From Leucoraja erinacea (taxonomy: Eukaryota), in assembly GCF_028641065.1 (NCBI RefSeq), contig NC_073393.1, forward strand, positions 21,638,001 through 21,702,000: DNA of 64,000 nt, read 5' to 3'. Below are positions 60,651-64,000 of the stretch, one piece after another. A program made the translations under genes and the position numbers. The notes below the pieces were generated by a model. The model saw only the letters and a list, made by a program, of their open reading frames with translations. It did not search any database and was not told where the DNA came from. Within the stretch, counting starts at the first letter, position 1. Every line of letters begins with the position of its first letter.

Positions 60651-61404
60651 GTTGTTCGGGCTGAAACACTTCCTGAAATCTTTCTTGGCCAGCCCCGACC
60701 ACCTCCTGTTGTAACAGCCAATCTCTCTGTGTCTGCCTTTGATTGATGCATCAACGTTAGTTAGTTACATTTTCTATGTAACTAACCGGGTTCTCCAGCT
60801 CTCTCCCCCAGGGGGCAGTAACAGGGGGGAAATACTTTAATTTCCTTCAACCCATTCACTTTATATCCTCTCACTCTAGAATGGTCACCAAAATAAACAG
60901 AAGAATTAGAATAACTAGCTGTAATCTATCGATTGTATGACATTGTTTCATTCATGTCGAGGCATGCAGCTTAGTGCAATGTATCCGGCTCAGACATTTC
61001 CGTCAGTCAGGCTTTTAAAAAGTCACAAACTTTCGTTTTCTCAGTTTTAGATAGAAAGGAGTTGGCAAGAGAGTCAAGAGTGTTTTATTGTCCTTTTTTA
61101 CCGGAACAGAACAATGGGCAAGTCTGAAGAAGGGTCTTGACCCGAAATGTCACCCATTCCTTCTACCCAGAGATGCTGCCGGTCCCACTGAGTTACTCCA
61201 TTTTGTGTTTATCTTCAGCATTCTTACTTGCAACAGCAATACAAAAGGGTTATGAACATAGTACCTAATAGATAATATAATAAACAAAACAAAACGTTCA
61301 ATACATAAAAGTTAAGTTCATTTTATTGTCACGTGCACAGCGAAAAGCTTTTTTTGTTAGGTAGTCAGTAAGACGACGATACATGAATACAATGAAGCCG
61401 TCAA

Positions 61405-62300
61405 GCAACAAGGGCAGAGTCCCCCAGGTCCTCACCTTTCACCCCACCAGCCGGCAAATACAACACATAATCCTCCGCCATTTCCGCCACCTCCAACGTG
61501 ACCCCACCATTCGCCACATCTTCCCATCTCCCCCCATGTCTGCCTTCCGCAAAGACCGCTCCCTCCGCAACTCCCTTGTCAATTCTTCCCTTCCCTCCCG
61601 TACCACCCCCTCCCCGGGCACTTTCCGTTGCAAACGCAAGAAATGCAACACCTGTCCCTTCACCTCCCCCCTCGATTCCATTCAAGGTCCCAAGCAGTCG
61701 TTCCAGGTGCGACAAAGGTACACCTGTATCTCCTCCAACCTCATCTACTACATCCGCTGCTCTAGATGTCAGCTGATTTACATTGGGGAGACTAAGCGGC
61801 GGTTGGGCGATCCTTTCACCGAACACCTCCGCTCAGTCCACAATAACCTACCTGAACTCCCGGTAGCTCAGCACTTCAACTCCCCCTCCCATTCCCAATC
61901 CGACCTCTCTGTCCTGGGTCTCCTCCATTGCCAGAGTGAGCAACACCAGAAATTGGAGGAACAGCACCTCATATTCCGCCTGGGCAGCTTGCATCCTGAT
62001 GGCATGAATGTTGAATTCTCCCAATTTTGCTAGCCCTTGCTGTCTCCTCCCCTTCCTTAACCCTCGAGCTGTCTCCTCCCATCCCCCCTGCCCTCGGGCT
62101 CCTCCTCCTGCCCTTTTTCCTTCCTTCTCCCCTCCCACCCCCCATCAGTCTGAAGAAGGGTTTCGGCCTGAAACGTCACCTATTTTCTTCACTCCATAGA
62201 TGCTGCTGCACCCGCTGAGTTTCTCCAGCAATTTTGTGTACCTTCGATCTTCCAGCATCTGCAGTTCCTTCTTGAACACGACAACCAATCTATAATCTTT
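61405..62300 (+). mobile_element. Penelope-like retroelement, 5' truncated: GIY-YIG endonuclease end, 3' UTR and hammerhead motif
   Basis: CKRKKCNTC linker and NLIYYIRCSRCQLIYIGETKRRL...EH...VAQHF...GMN; stop at 62033. CTGAAGA...GAAACGTC at 62150-62177. gccgtcaa is repeated at both ends. Confidence 0.9.
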
Positions 62301-62495
62301 GCCGTCAACAGTATACAGTGACATGACAATTGTCATGTGTACTGAGATTGAATGGTGGAGTAGAGTTGATGGGCCGAATGGCCTAATTCTACTCCTATTC
62401 CTTATGACCTTATGATAAAGGAAATGACGTTCAGTGCAAAGAACAATATTAGTGCAAAAACAAAACAAAGCCCCAGATCCCTAATGCAACCCAAG

Positions 62496-62530
<35 letters not shown>

Positions 62531-62659
62531 TTAGAGTTTGTGGATAGGGACAGACCCGCTGGTGGAGTGGACCTAATCAGGTCTGAGTAGGCGGCCAGAA
62601 TTTAGGGGGTTTCAGAAGAAGGCCATTCAGCCCATTGACCCTGCACTGGCTGACTGTGT

Positions 62660-62880
62660 CATAAGTTCATAGGTTATAGGAGCGGAATTAGGCCATTCGG
62701 CCCTTCAGGTCTACTCCGCCATTCAATCACGTCTGATTTATCTTTTCCTCTTTCCTGCTTTCTCCCCACAACTCCTGACACCCGTACTAATCAAGAATAT
62801 GTCAAACTCCGCCTTAAAAATATCCATTGACTTGGCCTCCACAGGAGGCAATGAATTCCACAGGTTCACCACCCTCTGAT
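62660..62880 (-). mobile_element. CR1 LINE 3' end
   Basis: ggcctccacag...gaattccacaggttcaccaccctctg. Confidence 0.8.
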
Positions 62881-63573
62881 AGTCATTCTTGCTTCTCTGC
62901 ATCTAGTTGTATATCTGCACGTTTATTGCCCTGTTACCTGTACAATTTGTCTTTGTAATCATTGGTTTCCACATCCAACATCCCCACAGACTGTGAGTTA
63001 TCATTCACTCTCGTACTGTTCCTCAGGAACTTCCTCTTCCCCTCTGTTACCAGGCTTCTGAACGGTCCTTCCATAAGCTAGTGTACTGTCCAATTCCCCT
63101 CTACCCCATTGCGGACATTGGACTTTGTCTCTGTAATTGGTGCGTTACAATGCTGAGAACGATATTCTGCACTCTGTATCTTCCCCTTTGCTCCACCTAT
63201 TGTACTTGTGTTTGAGTTGATTGTATTGATGTATAAAAACACTTTCATAAATCGGACTTCACTGGACTTTATTTTGTACTAAATGTTGTCTCCGCCTCTC
63301 CTTTAGGTCTCCTGTCTGAAATGCTGTTTTACTCTCCACAGATGCTGACGGACCCATTGAGTGCTCCCAGCGTTTTCTGTTCGTATTTCAGACTCGCAGC
63401 CTCTGTGGTTCTGGGACTGCCCACTATTATTTGGATGTCAGGGTTGGCCTAACGGCAGCATTCCCTTATAGCGGAACAGGAGGAAGCGATACAAGTGAGG
63501 ATGTTGCATTGTGACCGCGGTTCACGGGGCGGGACAGCCCAAGTGCTTCCGAGTCGGCCGCGCATAATGAGGC

Positions 63574-63703
63574 GTTTAAGAAGGAATTGCAGATGCTGGA
63601 AAATCGAAGGTAGACAAAGGGGCTGGAGAAATTCAGCGGGTGCAGCACCATCTATGGAGCGAAGGAAATAGGCAACGTTTCGGGCCGAAACCCTTCTTCA
63701 GAC
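63574..63703 (-). mobile_element. Penelope-derived short repeat inside a CpG-rich promoter-like segment
   Basis: Reverse complement of 62148-62277; tgaggc flanks both sides. Confidence 0.8.
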
Positions 63704-63756
63704 TGAGGCTCCGGCTCCCGGTTTATGTGCCGGTTCTTCAACTGGAGGCTCTGCTG

Positions 63757-63847
63757 ATGTGTGTATGGAAGCTGCGGAAGATGGCTGTGTGGTGCTGGAA
63801 CCGATTTCACCAGCTGCTGAAACTGACCAGCCTCCGCGGTTGTGCAG
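63757..63847 (+). CDS. Probable first coding exon of a divergent gene (thymidine kinase 2, mitochondrial, by synteny)
   Basis: M(CVWKLRK)MAVWCWNRFHQLLKLTSLRGCA is basic with no acidic residues, like a transit peptide. The second ATG (63781) is in strong context (aagATGG, overlapping ETS/YY1-like CGGAAGATGGC), and the donor is CAG|GTAACA. TK2 is head-to-head with CKLF in human, but no direct sequence similarity was recognised. Confidence 0.4.
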
Positions 63848-64000
63848 GTAACATGTGTGTAGGAAGGAACTGCAACTGCAAATGCTGGTTTAAACCGAAG
63901 ATAGACACAAAATGCTGGAGTAACTCAGCGGGACAGGCAGCATCTCTGGATAGAAAGAAGGAGTGATGTTTCGGGTCCAGACCCTTCTTTAGACTGGTCT

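Noticed and set aside
61383-62033. 216-aa ORF as a stand-alone nuclease gene
   Set aside because: It is the C-terminus of a 5'-truncated Penelope ORF, and the ATG comes from the flanking repeat.

Overview
Eukaryotic, repeat-rich vertebrate DNA. The HE1/V-SINE-type SINEs with CR1-like tails point to a cartilaginous fish, probably a skate or ray (inference from repeat content). The window holds the CKLF-like MARVEL (CMTM) cluster: CMTM4 (+, 4 coding exons, 6200-29051, 211 aa), CMTM3 (-, 5 coding exons, 47951-38067, 175 aa) and CKLF (-, 4 coding exons, 60575-56193, 142 aa). All exons were read by hand with GT-AG junctions and consistent phases. A probable first exon of a divergent gene (TK2 by synteny) lies at ~63757-63847, and the likely 3' end of an upstream gene lies at 1-~950. 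The rest is mostly transposable elements: two decayed IR/DR Tc1 transposons, ~25 HE1-like SINEs, CR1, Rex1/Babar-like and Tx1-like LINE fragments, a Penelope GIY-YIG fragment, dozens of short Penelope-derived repeats carrying a hammerhead-ribozyme core, and Harbinger-like MITEs. The most unusual signal is a set of 24-53 bp palindromes (CAAAGATC...GATCTTTG) with 8-bp target-site duplications next to the first exons of CMTM3 and CKLF. They resemble P-element-type excision footprints or TIR-only hAT/P MITEs. Other candidates are two unrelated minisatellites built on nuclear-receptor DR1 motifs, RFX X-boxes in CMTM4 intron 1, a signal-peptide-like antisense ORF in CMTM4 intron 2, and a possible CMTM4 alternative last exon. 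Repeat boundaries are approximate and protein comparisons are from memory; no database search was run.
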